64,000 nucleotides of DNA from contig JAHRHZ010000020.1 in NCBI GenBank assembly GCA_024137785.1, forward strand, positions 51,476,839 through 51,540,838, given 5' to 3'. A model generated the notes under the pieces. It made no database searches. It was not told the DNA's origin and saw only the letters and a program-made list of their open reading frames with translations. A program made the translations under genes and the position numbers. The DNA is from Ginglymostoma cirratum (lineage: Eukaryota). Of this stretch, positions 13,099-25,481 are shown piece by piece (position 1 is the first letter of the stretch; every line of letters starts with the position of its first letter).

Positions 13099-13459
13099 TG
13101 TTCTGGACCAGATCAACCCCCTCAAAATATATTCATAACATAGTCTAGACCACTTTTATTCTTATTTTAAAGGTAAATGTAAGGTTCCGTATTCCAGATG
13201 CAATTTGATTGGTCAAATTACTTAACGTTTTGTGAAACACACTTTATTCATACACTACAGTTAAAATACAAGAGAAAGAAGAATTTTGAATGACTTAATC
13301 TACTGGAATGCTTAATCAAATATTAGATGTATTGACTAGTACTAATTAACTGTTCCAATCTTGTAACATCCCATAAACCCACCCGTGACAAAGGCAAATT
13401 CAGTAAAATAGATGGCCTCACAGGCATTTCTCCAGTCCAGGAGGAAAAACATGAAGAGC
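13099..13459 (-). mobile_element. partial LTR-like repeat
   Basis: Sharp start at TGTTCTGGACCAGA (CA end on the minus strand) and minus-strand AATAAA motifs; end similar to 1836-1855. Confidence 0.4.
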
Positions 13460-13521
13460 AAACATTAACTCTAATTTCTCTTTCCAGCAATTTCTGTTTT
13501 TGCTTCTAAAATCTGCGGTTC
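13460..13521 (+). mobile_element. Penelope-like pLTR remnant, family P2 (internally deleted)
   Basis: AAACATTAACTCT...TTCCAGCAATTTCTGTTTTTG...ATCTGCGGTTC matches 39813-40120 and the reverse complement of 5737-5863. Confidence 0.55.
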
Positions 13522-14234
13522 CCTCCCTGAACCTTTCCATCACTCTATCTTGCTTCCCTCCTTTAAAATCTCCTTAAAGCTAAACTTTCTGATCATATCT
13601 TTCATTTACTGCTCTATTATCTCCCAAAGTAGTTGGTGCTATAACTCTGGTGATGAGTCCTTGGATGCTTTACAAATAAACACCAGTTGTTGGGCATCCC
13701 CTGTAAGGAACGTTGAGTTCCCACTGACCTGTGCTGGATGATCCTCTGCCCTGTATGAGAAGCGAATAGAAACATGGGTCCTCAATGTCAACAAGTAGAG
13801 ACATAAGCAAAGAAAGATGTTGGGGTGGGTACTGGTTGCTAATTTTACCACTCATCATCCTGGTGAATGGCAGAGAAAACTGTCACTTCACAAAGTATTG
13901 GAGAATGCCAGGGGTCAAGTTCACGAGCCTTCCTCCGTCCAACATCGCTGCCACCACCCAATTCGCCTCACTGTCTGTGCCACTGGATCTCAATTAGTTT
14001 TATACAACACATGCCATTGAGTGAAGGAGATTTGCTCCTGAATTATCAACTGAATCAAACCTGAAATTGCAGGCTGTCTCTCAAAAGCTGGCTCAGAGCT
14101 CCTCAACTTAACCGGCTGTTCAGCCTCTCCAAAGGGTGCATGGGAACAAAGAGGGGAAGGAACAAGGCTCTCTCAGGAAATCGGCATAGTCAGGCCATAA
14201 AGTCAATAGCCAGAAATGTCAAGCACAGAACCTA

Positions 14235-14533
14235 AGCTGACAAAGTGTAGCACAGTGCTGCATTGTAAGAGATGGTGTTAGATGTTAAGCAAAGGCTCCG
14301 TCTACCCAATCTGATGGTTGTGAAATGTTCTACTGTACGACTTCAAGAGCAGAGAATTTTCCCCCCAATATCCTGGCCAATATCAATTCATCAGGTTTCA
14401 TATCCAATCAATGTAGTTTGTGGAATCTTGCTCTGCAAAAATTGGCTACCACATTTCCTAGAGTGCAGTGAATGCATCAACAAACTTTAAGAGGTATTTT
14501 GGTAGTTGTGAAAGGTGCTAAACAAACATAAGG
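14235..14533 (+). mobile_element. DeuSINE (SacSINE1-like) body and L2-type tail
   Basis: GTGCTGCATTGTAAGAGATGGTGTTAGATGTTAAGCAAAGGC, TCCTGGCCAATAT, TTTGTGGAATCTTGCT, GTGAAAGGTGCTA. Confidence 0.6.
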
Positions 14534-16611
14534 CTTAACACAAGGTCAGAGTCCCTGATCTTCTGAAGTTGGAATCATCAGCGGTCTTGTTAATGGCAGA
14601 GGCCTATCAATCTGAGGGCTCACATATCTTGTCGATTTTTGTGCTCTGTGAGCTGAGGCAGCAGTAGGTGATCCAATAGAACCTCTCAGCTTTGAAAGGG
14701 TGGGAGACAGCCAAGTCAAGCCAGGCTTGACTCGAATGGCAATATATTGACTTTTGGTGAAATGAGCCTGAGCTCCACCATGATGCCCCCTCTCTCTACT
14801 AGTCACAGTCACTATCAAAGCCCACACACGAAGAATGGGCAAAGTCCTTAGCGAAAGTAAAAGCTCGAGAGTTAGCAGTTTCAGGAGAGGAGGGGAGAAA
14901 AAGAACAGTTGGCAAAACAAGATAAACCAGACGTGAAGGTATGGGCTATGAAAGGAACATGGCATTTAACAATCGGGTAACAAAAGTATTGAGGGAAATA
15001 TAAATTACATTTCTCAAGACACTGCTAGCTAATGTTGGTGAGACCAGAAATTGTGCACGAGGAGAAAGGAGCTCCATGCTTTAGCGTGAGCCATTGAAAC
15101 AATGTTACTCGCTGGCGAATGAGCATGAAGGCCGTGATCCCTGAAGAACTTCAGTTTGACCTGAGGTTTAAGGGCAGCAAAGGTCAAATGGCCATCTCAT
15201 TTCATATGCTAATCTTCCCTGTCCTCGCAATACTCACAACTAAACACACAAGGAAAACGTCAGTTTCCCATTCGGGGAAAAAATAAAGATCCAGTTTACG
15301 TCGGAAGCAATGAGCGGTAACAGAAACTTGATTTAATGTGTCATTTCATTTAGCGTTCAAGGAGACAGTTGCTGTGAACGGAGGCTATAGACAAACAGCG
15401 CTGGATGGTGACTGCGAAGCAGGAAGAGAAGATGCATGTCAGGCAAAGGAGGGAAACCCGAAAAAGAAACTACATTGACTGCACTCCATCAGGGCAGCTC
15501 GTCCTTGTTCCTGACATTCCCATGTATGAGGAACACTTTTTGCTTTTCGCATCAAGCACCCAACTGAACGGGCACTGCAATCCATCAAAACCTCATTCAA
15601 TGCTGCAACCGTGCCGCATTATATAACCTAGGATTTGTTTTTTACGGACTCAAGGCATAATTGTATTGGAATACCAATGTCTCCTCATTTATCGAGGTCT
15701 GCTTCATGCCACAAAGTGTTTGGTTCCTGCACAGAAGTACAAAAAAAAGTGAAGAGTTTATTCAGTCGTGGCAGCAGTTTTCCTGACTTCTCGACAAGCT
15801 GTCTCCAAGGAAATATATTGATTTCCCAGTTATTATGAACACAAAATTATTGAATGACAGATGATAGTGTGTTAGGTTCTACAAGTATTTTCCCAAATGG
15901 GCTCACTAGCCCCTCTGTGGTTGCCATAGCAATTTGACAGAGCCCATGACAAATAACTCTTTCCACGGTTTCGAGCATGGTAAAGAGAACACCTCCTTGT
16001 CAGTACCTAATTTAACACGAGGTTTAGTGCAGTGCTGTGCCCGGTTCAAATGGTTTGGCGCAAAATGCACTTAGGCAGCCCCACAGCAGTCAAACAACAG
16101 GGTCACCACCAGAGTCTCCACTTTGTAATTAAAAAGCAAATGTGTTTCTGCTCCTCTCTGGACACTGCGTTGTTAAGTGAGGCTGTGTTAATCTATGGTA
16201 GATACATTAATAGACTCGACAGTGCATGGCCCACTGGGAACGAGAGGCTCTGCATCACAACACACAACTGATTGAACGACCAAGGACATTGTGCGCAGCT
16301 ATCAGGCCGAACATTACATCGCGTAAAAGGTTACTTTCAGCAGCACACACTCACCGGGACCATCAACACACACTGGATCACTCCAGCAGACTTCAGCCCA
16401 CTTCATCATGTGTCAGCCACGACTCAAGGCCCCGGCCGCCCCACCTCAGATTCAATTAATTCTCCCCTCAGAGGACAAAACACAAGCAGAGGCTCCACCA
16501 CAGTACTGAGGGAGTGCGACATGACCGGAGGTGCCCTTGTCCGATGAAGACGTTCAACTAACTCACTGTCAACCCCCTCAGCTGTCAGATCTCTGGTGGT
16601 ATTTCAAACGG

Positions 16612-16778
16612 ACAGGCAGTTCTCCTATAACCCGACTGTTGTGTTCTTATGTGACCTCGCGCTATAGAAAATCGCGACACCCGTACAGCAGAAAGTTTGC
16701 GTTATCCAAACAGCGTCGACTATTCATCAGGCGCGTTTACAGCCAATTCGCGTTCACGAAACAAACACTTCGCACAAC
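16612..16778. mobile_element. CpG-rich MITE-like element (tentatively Tc1/pogo-type)
   Basis: Begins ACAGGCAGTTCTCCTATAAC; about 15 CpG in 150 bp with repeated TCGCG motifs; interrupts a DeuSINE; right terminus disrupted by the PLE fragment. Confidence 0.45.
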
Positions 16779-16902
16779 TGAAGGGTCTAGGCCCGAAACG
16801 TCAGCTTTCCCGCTCCTCTGATGCTGCTCGGCCTGCTGTGTTCATCCAGCTGTACACCTTGTTATCTCAGATTCTCCAGCATCTGCAGTTCCTACTATCT
16901 CT
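16779..16902 (+). mobile_element. Penelope-like pLTR remnant, family P1, 5'-truncated in the hammerhead core
   Basis: TGA-A-GGGTCTAGGCCC-GAAACGTC-AGCTTTCC...CTCTGATGCTGC...CAGCATCTGCAGTTCCTACTATCTCT. Confidence 0.8.
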
Positions 16903-18751
16903 ACCGATAAAGGCATGCTCCTGGAGTCTTGGCCAAAAGTCAAACTCCACGAACATCTTCAAAACAGACCCTGATCTTTCACTCGTTTCTGCTGGTGGAA
17001 GCTTGCTGCGTGCAAATGGGCTGGCAATTTGTACATACTACATTTCTGAAATACTTAACTGGCTGTAATGTGCTTTAAAACATCTTGCATTCGTGAAAGT
17101 TGCACTATAAAATTGCATATTTTAAAGTTTTCTTCCCATATTGGCAAATTCGCTCTTAGACAAGCCTCTTACCCTGGAGATTTTATTTTAAAAAACAAAA
17201 ACTTATTCCATTTTTCCCCATGGTCTCCTCCCACCCTGTTTGTGACACTACTCTAGAGATGGCAGGCAGAAAAAAACTGAGACTGAATCCATCTCTCCTT
17301 GACAGTAAATCTCTGCACAAACTGAATGCTCAGGCTGCTCCACAACATGTGCACTGAAAGAATGATTATCATTTTAAATCTGCATTCAGTACCTTGCCAA
17401 ACTCCGGCCCTAATCTGGAAATGTCAAAACAAAACGTGCAGGGCACACAAAAGTCAACTTAATAAACAGAGCCACTCTCCTGGAGCTGAAGTGAGACACT
17501 GTTTACAAAGTCATCTGGGATCATGTGCCCTGGTTGAACAATAGACTAATTTCTCAACCCTACACTACATACAAGATTCCCACTTCCAATCCGCATCACC
17601 ATAGATTAATTCAGCCATGTCAAATTCTTAAGTAACAGATTCAAATATCAAACGAACCTTTTTACATTTAATTTTAAAAAGCCTGAGAATAGAACAGTCC
17701 TGAATCAGTTTGTGAAAGGGTTAAACATGCAAACTGATCAGGCAAGTTTGATTGATTGCCTTTCTTAATAAAAACAATCTTTCTAAAAATGACGAATGCA
17801 TGTTTTTTGTCGCTACTGTTTGTTCTGCATCTGTTGCATGGAGGTCAGTGGTATAACTAATTGTTATATTAAGAGAGAAGTACACAGGTTAGTCTGTGTT
17901 GCAGCGATGTGACTCTAACAATGCGTATAAGCCTTCACAATCAAGTCACAAAAACATACCAATGGCTACCTTGTATTTGACAAGCACACGCTGTGTTCAG
18001 GTGACGTTGATCAGATTAGGCCATTGATCCAAAGCCCAGAGAAGTATGTTAATGGCTTTTAATTGAAGTTAGCTGTACTTGGTGACAGCTTATCCAGACG
18101 TCTATCCATATTCAATAATAACTATACAGCGAACATTTAAGAATAGAGGCCCTTTCTTCATATAATTGAAGGTGAGAAAAGCAGAACTGACAGAAAACAT
18201 AAAACTAGGTAAATCATGGATTAGAATTCCTGATTGGCAAAGTGGCCATTTTAACTTGGGCCTGATGTGTTCTGGGAGTTTCTCCTGCTTCCTTTCTACA
18301 GCTTTGCTGTGTGCACTTCTTTACATGTGCATAAACAATTAAGATTTCCCATTTTTAAATAGTTTACTAATGGTAAACAAAGGAATATTGCATTAAGTAT
18401 TGGCACAGAAACTCTCCAAATTGAAGCACCATTCTAGAATCTGTAATGAAATGAAACATGATTGATTTCTTCCCCAGGGAGATTAAAAAGACCCTGGATA
18501 ATAAGCTCTTCATTTTCGATACTTCTGTGGAGGTTTTCCCTGACCTTACTTCCCTATGACACTGACTTTAGTTGGGCTGGACAGTTCAATTGATTTTCCA
18601 CCTCACCCAAGTGCTAACTTATAAATCCAATGAAAAATCTAAGGTAGAGGATTGATAGCCAAGGTTGGTCCAAGGTTGACAAAAAAAAACTTACACGGGC
18701 TTCTAATTTACTTGGTTTTGTAGCAAACTGAAAAATTAACATCTGTCCTGA

Positions 18752-18860
18752 TGAAACATAAACTTTGTTTCTCTCTCCACAGATGCTGTCAGACCTGGGT
18801 TTTGCCAGTACTGTCTTTTTTTTTTGTACAGATTTCCATCATCTACAGTTCTTTGTTTTA
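18752..18860 (+). mobile_element. Penelope-like pLTR remnant, family P2
   Basis: GAAACATAAACTTTGTTTCTCTCTCCACAGATGCTGTCAGACCTG...CATCTACAGTTCTTTG. Confidence 0.6.
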
Positions 18861-18964
18861 TGTTGCCAACAATTAACTTCATTATTTAGCTGCTCAGATA
18901 GCTTTGATAATCATAATTCCACGTAAAATGGAACTAAGCATGAGTTTGGTGTAGGTGAGGGAGA

Positions 18965-20265
18965 ATTAGACAGCGATGAGATTCTAAGCATGAAATTAGA
19001 AGCAGGAGATTCTTCTCTCTGGAATATTCAACAGGTAATGTACTCAGGGTAAATAGAATATGACAGCAAACTAGTGAGAAACACAAAAATAGACGGTAAA
19101 AGCTTCTATACGTATCTGTAAAGGAAAGACAAACATATGCATATTAAAGACAGAGACAAAGGAATTTTTGTTGGGGTATATGGCCATGGCAAAGAAACTA
19201 AACAAATACTTTGTGTCTGTTTCCATGGAAGATAAGAAAAACATCTCTCAGAAGTAGGAGAGAACCAACAAACTCGCAGAAAATAATGCCAGAGAAATTA
19301 ATAGGATGAGATGGTCCCATTAATAATCTCAAACTCAGGGATATAGTTACAGAATAAGAGAGCACGCATTCACAACTGAGATGCAAAAGGATTTGTTCTC
19401 CTAGTGGGTAGTAAATGTCTGGAATTCTCTAGCCCAGAGAGCTATAGAGGCTAAATTGCTGAAAGTATTTAAAGACAATGTAGATAGATATCTTTGAAAT
19501 ATCAGTGAGTTGATGGCTATGCTGTGTTGGAATGAAAGAGGATTCGAACCCTGCGGTAGATCAGCCATTATAGTGAGGCAGGCTTGAGGGGCTTGAAAGG
19601 CCTACTCCTGCTCCTATTTCTTAAGTCCTAAAGACATAGAAAATGCGTACAGGAGTACAGAAAGCGCATGCACAATTAGAAAGGCAAATTGGTCGATATT
19701 GCAAGAGAATTTGAGTACAGGAGTAAGTAACTAAGTAATTATGTAAGAGACCGCACCAAGAGTATTGTGGACAGTTTTTGTCTCCTTAGCCTAGGAAGGA
19801 TATATTTTCCATAGAGGGGCTGAAGGTTTATTGGACTGACATTGCAATGTCCGACTGGATCGGTATTCTCTAGCATTTACAAAAATCAGAGGTGACCTCA
19901 TAGAGGTACACAAAATATTGACGATGTTGATCAGCGTAGATTCAGGATGGTGGTTTCCCCTGGCTGGAATCCAGCTTGTCGAACCAGAGGATTACCAACA
20001 GGCCATTTCGGACTGAGATGAGGAGGAATTTCTTCACTCAGAGGACAGTGAATCTTAGTAACTCTCCTCTGGATGGTTGTGAAAGCTCAGTCACTGAGTA
20101 TGTTCAAGATGGATGGATAGATTTCTAGATTTTGAAGATATCAAGGAATATAGAGGCAGTGCGAGAAAATGGCAAAGGTCGAAGATTAGCTATAACCTAG
20201 TGTAACAGGGCAGCAGGCTCAGTTGTCAAAAAGGTCCACTCTTGTTCTTATTTCTTATGTTCCAA
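18965..20265 (+). mobile_element. two adjacent decayed CR1 LINE fragments (3' ends near 19625 and 20260)
   Basis: ACTGAGATGAGGAGGAATTTCTTCACTCAGAGG, two CR1 tails (GGCCTACTCCTGCTCCTATTTCTTA; CACTCTTGTTCTTATTTCTTATG), RPHLEYC-like GACCGCACCAAGAGTATTGTG. Confidence 0.8.
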
Positions 20266-20467
20266 TGTTCAACGATAAGGCGGACACAGCAAATGACATT
20301 GGTGGGAAGTTACAGTTTAACTGTTGGTTAAAATAGGCTTTTGAATGGAACGGGTCAGCTGAAAAATTGACATGGATTTAAAAAAAACTGCAGAAGTATT
20401 TCTTTCCAGATAACAGGTCTGCGGTCATCACTCGTATAACCGAGGCAACCATCTCAGCCATGGTAGA

Positions 20468-20655
20468 GAGATTGAAACATAGGAACAAGAGTAGGTCATT
20501 CCACCCATTGAGACTGTTCCACCATTCAAGATGATGGCCACTCATTTCCTCAATACCACCTTCCCACATTGTTTTCATAGTCATAATGTCATTGGTCTCC
20601 AGAAATGTATTGATTTTGATATCAAACCTGTTCAATGATTGAGCCTCCACAGCCT
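20468..20655 (-). mobile_element. CR1 LINE 3' end
   Basis: Minus-strand ORF EAQSLNRFDIKINTFL; + strand begins with the reverse-complemented tail ACATAGGAACAAGAGTAGGTCATTC. Confidence 0.75.
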
Positions 20656-22159
20656 ATGAGCTGGGTCTGCAGAAGACGGCGAAAGTAAACAAAAAACGGG
20701 TCCAAATGTCGGACTGTGGTGTCACTTCTATAAGAACGAATAAGAATTACAAAAACAATTTACTAATTAGGGAACTGATGTTGCAATGCAAAGACAAAAT
20801 GAATAGGCATATCTGCACTGGGCAGGTGGCCCCATTTGTGGCAGTTGCAATGCGACCCTGACTACGGTCCCGATGGGTATCCAACACTTACAGTACGGTA
20901 AGGCTTCACTGTGAGCCTAATTATCCAGGTTCATCAGGATAAACAGTGAACCTAATGTTCAGTCTGAAAGTCTCCACACACAGAGACATCAATGATCTGT
21001 ACCTTGTGTTTTTTCCTTTAAATCAGCCAAGTAAGGGAATTCGTTGCAAAATATTTCACACTAGTTCTACTATCCAGACGCTTTTGCAATTATACAGCTT
21101 ATAACACATTCAGGTCTAAACTACACAAGCGTACCACTGATCTTAATAAGCCAGTCTTCACTCCAGCTGTGCTGTGCACTTGATAGATCCTCACACTCAA
21201 ATTGCACCATTAAAAAAAATCCCAATTATATTTTAATGAGGGTGCACACAGTCACTTGTATATTTGTGAACAGGAGGAAGCGATAGTAGGAGTACCTAAA
21301 GGTTAAGTGTCATTTCCACCTGGTATTCTCCGAACTTAAATAAAATAAATGCAGACATTATCCAGGCTCTTATCCCCATGTTGACCGAAGCCCATACGGT
21401 AAAACAAAACCAAATTTTAAAGGAAAGTAACAGCTTTGTCAGCAGATTAAAGCTTCTATTATTCCTTCTCATTGTGTCACGGAATTGATTGCTTCCAGAG
21501 CTCAGAATGGGAGGAGCTGCAGAACAGAATTATGTAGTTGTGTACCGTAGCTGGATTTGTCCCATATTTCTGACGCCTAAAATAACAACAGATTTCATTC
21601 ATACAGCACCTTCAATGTCACAAACAGTCCCAATGGAGTCCTGTCTTGCGAGCTCACCAACGTCTGTGGAACTGAATACTGATTGCATACGGATCCAAAA
21701 TTGATTAAGCTCATTACAAAAAGATCCAAGTAACCCCGTTATCTGTCTGGACATGGTTACGGTATTTATCTCCCTATCCTTAAGCGTCCCACATAAAAAT
21801 TAACCAGAATAAGACAAGGTTGGCAGTATTCTACTTTAATTCTCCTTGGTAAGATGCTCTCAGAATGACTTGTCATGTTCTAACAGTAATGTAGCACATG
21901 CGGACTTGGATGAAGGGAAATGTTTCCCCTATCCTTTCTCCTGAAGACACTGATTCTCTCCTGGGGAGTGTTTCCATTGATATGTAGTGGCCATTAGAGT
22001 GTGGCTGAATTAAGCCTGTGCTTGTCAGCAGGCTATTCTACCATTACAGCCTGGCCTCATCCTGTAATCAAGTATCATCGACTTACAATTCCAGCAGAGA
22101 ATGCTGGACAGCAACCAGTATGCCCCCCAATGACTTTCGCAGCATGGTTAAGTGCATAG

Positions 22160-22780
22160 ATCACAAAATGATAGCATCCAAGTTCAACAGGCAACAAGGA
22201 AGACAAATGGAATTGTTTCAAATGCAATGGAGTATAAAATGAGGGAAGTCGTACTAAAACTATACAGGCATTAGTGAGACCACACTTCAAATATAGTGAG
22301 ACCACACTTCAAAACACTGTGAACACTTTTGGTCCTCTTGACTAAGGAGATGTACTAGCATCGAGCTCGTTCAGAGACGGTTCACTCGGTTGATCCTGGG
22401 CAGAGAGGGATAATTATTTCTCACTCAGCATCACTGCAATCAGATGATAAAGTCATGATCAAATTGGTATTTGTTGGACCGAGTTGTGAGCAAATGTGCT
22501 GTTGGCTTTCCAGCATTGATTGGTACAGTAATTCAGTGGCTGTCAAGCACATGAGACAAAGGTTATGAAATGCATTTCGAAATGCAAGTTTACTCAAAAT
22601 GGGATCATCTCAGCGCCAATGACATTCGGACGTACAGGAATGTTGTTGAAATGTGGGAACCTGTGTCAAGAAACAGAGGCAGTCTCAATTTCGATGCATT
22701 CAAGGAAATTCTAGATAAACATGAGGGAGTAAGGAACGAATGTACGACTGAGGTCAAACGACCTATTCTTGTTCCTGTGC
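22160..22780 (+). mobile_element. decayed CR1 fragments with an intervening DeuSINE 3' part (~22430-22595)
   Basis: ACTATACAGGCATTAGTGAGACCACACTTCAAA (LY.ALVRPHL), TTCAGAGACGGTTCACTCGG, and tail ACCTATTCTTGTTCCT. Confidence 0.6.
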
Positions 22781-23032
22781 CATGCATTCAAAACATCAAA
22801 ATGGATCACAATAACCAGACACGGTTTTACAATTCATCATGACTTAAATAAGGGGGGAAAGGCAGTGATAGCTGAATTCGCAGACAACACAAAGGAATTT
22901 GCAAATGGATCGATAAGTTGAGTAAAAATCTGGCAAATGGAGGACCACATGGAAAAATATGAAATTGTTCACTTTGCCAGAAAGGATTAAAAAGAGAATA
23001 TCATTTAAACAGAGAGAATTTTGTTTTAATTC

Positions 23033-23362
23033 GATGGCATAGTGGTATTATTGCTGGACTGTTACTCCAAGGACTTAGATTCGAATCCTGCCACAGCAAG
23101 TGAAATTTGAATTCAATAAAAGTCTGCAATTAAAAAGAGTCTAATGGTGACTGTGAATCATTTGTTGGGGAAAAAACCATCTGGCTCACGAATGCCTGTT
23201 AAGGAAGGGAACTGCCATCCCTATCTGGTCTGGCTTACATCTGAGACCAGACCAATAGCAACGTGGTTGACTCTTAACTGCTCACTGGGCAATTAGGGAT
23301 TCACAATAATTGATTGCCTCGGCAGCAATACTCTCATCCTGTGAATGAATGAATTAAAAAAA
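23033..23362 (+). mobile_element. tRNA-derived SINE family B
   Basis: A-box-like TGGCATAGTGG, B-box-like ATTCGAATCC, body CCATCTGGCTCAC...TGGTTGACTCTTAACTG, tail TGAATGAAT; aligns with 52908-53262. Confidence 0.85.
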
Positions 23363-23381
23363 CCCCACAAACCTTCCCTAT

Positions 23382-23673
23382 GGGGTGGCACGGTGGTTCA
23401 GTAGTTAGCACTGTTGCCTCACACCACCAGGGACTCAGGTTCAATTCCACCATTGGGCAACTGTATGTGTGGAGTTTGCACATTCTCCTCGTGTCTGTGA
23501 TGGTTTCCTCCAGGTGTTCCAGTTTCCTCCCACAGTCGAAAGATGTGCAGGCTAAGTGGTTTGGCCATGCTAAATTGTCTGTAGCATTCAGGGATGTGTA
23601 GATTATGAGGGATGGGTCTGGGTGGGATGCTTTGTGGGGCGGTGTGGACTTGTGGGGATTCTATGATGCTATG
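23382..23673 (+). mobile_element. HE1-type V-SINE
   Basis: GGCACGGTGGTTCAGTAGTTAGCACTG head, V-domain TGTGTGGAGTTTGCACATTCTCC...TTTCCTCCCACAGTC, tail GGGATTCTATGAT. Confidence 0.92.
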
Positions 23674-25481
23674 AAGTGCTGTCTTCCAAGCTGCAGAGGA
23701 ATTTAGGTGTTCTGGTGTATGAGTTGCAACATGTTAGGAGACAGATATGGCGAATCATCAAGGACGTTAATGGGATGCTTTCCTTTATTATGAGTGGAAT
23801 TGCAGGGAATAAATGTTATGCTCCAGTTAAACAAGGCATTGGGTACAGCACATTTCAAATACTATGTACGGTTTCGGCCTCGTTATTTTAGCAAGTATGC
23901 AGCTATAACAGGGTAGGTTTACGAGATTGATACCTGGAATGCATGAGCTGACTTAAGAGGCTAAGTTAGAGAGGCTGGACTTTTGAACCACTGAAGTTTG
24001 GAAAAGTTAGAGGTGACTTAATGTAAATGTATAAGATCCAGCATGGTCTTGACAAGGTAGATGTGGAAAGGATGCTTTCTCTCGAGCGTCAGTCCAGAAC
24101 TTGGGTGTGTGGTTTAAAAATTAGGGGCCACCCTTCAGGGTAGAGATGAAAAGACTTATTTTTTTCTATGAGGATTTGGGAACTCAGGAATGGAGGCAGG
24201 ATCATTGAATGTTTTGAAGGTAGAGGTGGATGGATTCTCCGTTGGCAGAGGAATCAAGGGATTATCAGGGACAGAAAGGAAAATGCAATTAAAAACAAAA
24301 CAGTTTAGCTGTGATCTCATTGAATCGTGGAGCGGGTTCATTGATCCAAAGTTCCACTTGTGTTCGTATTCATAAATCACGTGTGTAATCTTAGGCTGGT
24401 TTGAAGGATCCACCTGTTGTATTAGATTTCGAAGGGGTTAATGTCAGTGATGTGTTGGCTCCAACCATTCTATTGGTGTGACACAGTGTGTGGAAACAAG
24501 GCATTTCTGCTCTAGCTTTTAGGAAATGCATTTGTATCAACTCCCTAAAGCCCAAGTAATTATGCCTGACAAAATAGTTGTATCTTTTGTTATTATGCAA
24601 TGAACCTTCTTTTTATCTTAGAACAGTGCCTCTACAATAGGTACTCCATAACAATTTATCCTCTACCACTAAAAAGGCCCAAAACCAAAGGACGAATGAT
24701 GGTGGCAAAAGTCCTCAAGCTCCTTATATACTATCACCTAGTGTTCATGATAGAACAGCACAAGGTGTCAGGAGCAGTCATCTGGGAAGGGCTCACCAGT
24801 GTTGAATTGTGCGTGATTAGTCAGCCAGCATGGGGAGTGGACGTCAGATTATGACCCAGCAAGGGTCAGAGGATTTAAAAAAATGGCTACTGTTCTTGCT
24901 GACGGTGAGCTGCGAAAAATTCTGCTGGCTCGCGATTTCATATCGGCCAGACAGTCTGACGACGGCACAGGGACAGCAAGTCATTTAAAAAAAAACCTAC
25001 AGCTCCATAATGACGATGGCTGACCTCTACTGCGAGACGCCAGGTCTCTCAGGCCACGGCCTATTGTTCTCCAAACTGGCGGGCTGTGCGGGGCTCCACT
25101 GGAGTGCTGTTCCCTCATGAAAGGACAGTAAATCACTGCCGTGTGGGATTCAGCTACTGCTGTAAAATTGCTCCATTCAATGAAAAAGTCATTAGCTGAA
25201 GTTCAAAAAGCAAGTACAGCACGTAGCAGAATTTTAACCTGGGTAGTTCTATTTAATTTGGCACTGCCCGCTCGGCTTTGATTAAAATCACTGTCGGCAA
25301 GAGGAACAGTGAGAGCTAGGTTCATCAGATTTAAAACACTGTTAAGACCTCACATTTAACTACAACCACGGTGTGAATAACTACATTAAACTGCTCGTGG
25401 CCAAAAGAAAAATGGCTCTTGGGTTTTCTAAAGCCAAACAAACAGTGTGGCTATTTAGTCTTGGTGGGGGGGGGGGAATAA

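Larger units (their letters stand above)
16420..17130 (+). mobile_element. DeuSINE (SacSINE1-like) split by a MITE and a PLE insertion (16612-16909)
   Basis: CAGTACTGAGGGAGTGCGAC...CCGGAGGTGCC...GATGAAGACGTTCAAC before the insert; GGAAGCTTGCTGCGTGCAAAT...GTGAAAGTTGCACTATAAA after it. Confidence 0.65.
22838..24375 (+). mobile_element. decayed CR1 LINE RT to 3' end, interrupted by SINE-B and HE1 (23033-23673)
   Basis: TTCGCAGACAACACAAAG (FADNTK, decayed FADDTK), GAAATTGTTCACTTTG; resumes GCAGAGGAATTTAGGTGTTCTGGTG; ORF 24190 EAGSLNVLKVEVDGF. Confidence 0.75.

Noticed and set aside
14546-14965. 139-aa minus-strand ORF
   Set aside because: No recognisable family motif or exon boundaries; length attainable by chance in 64 kb
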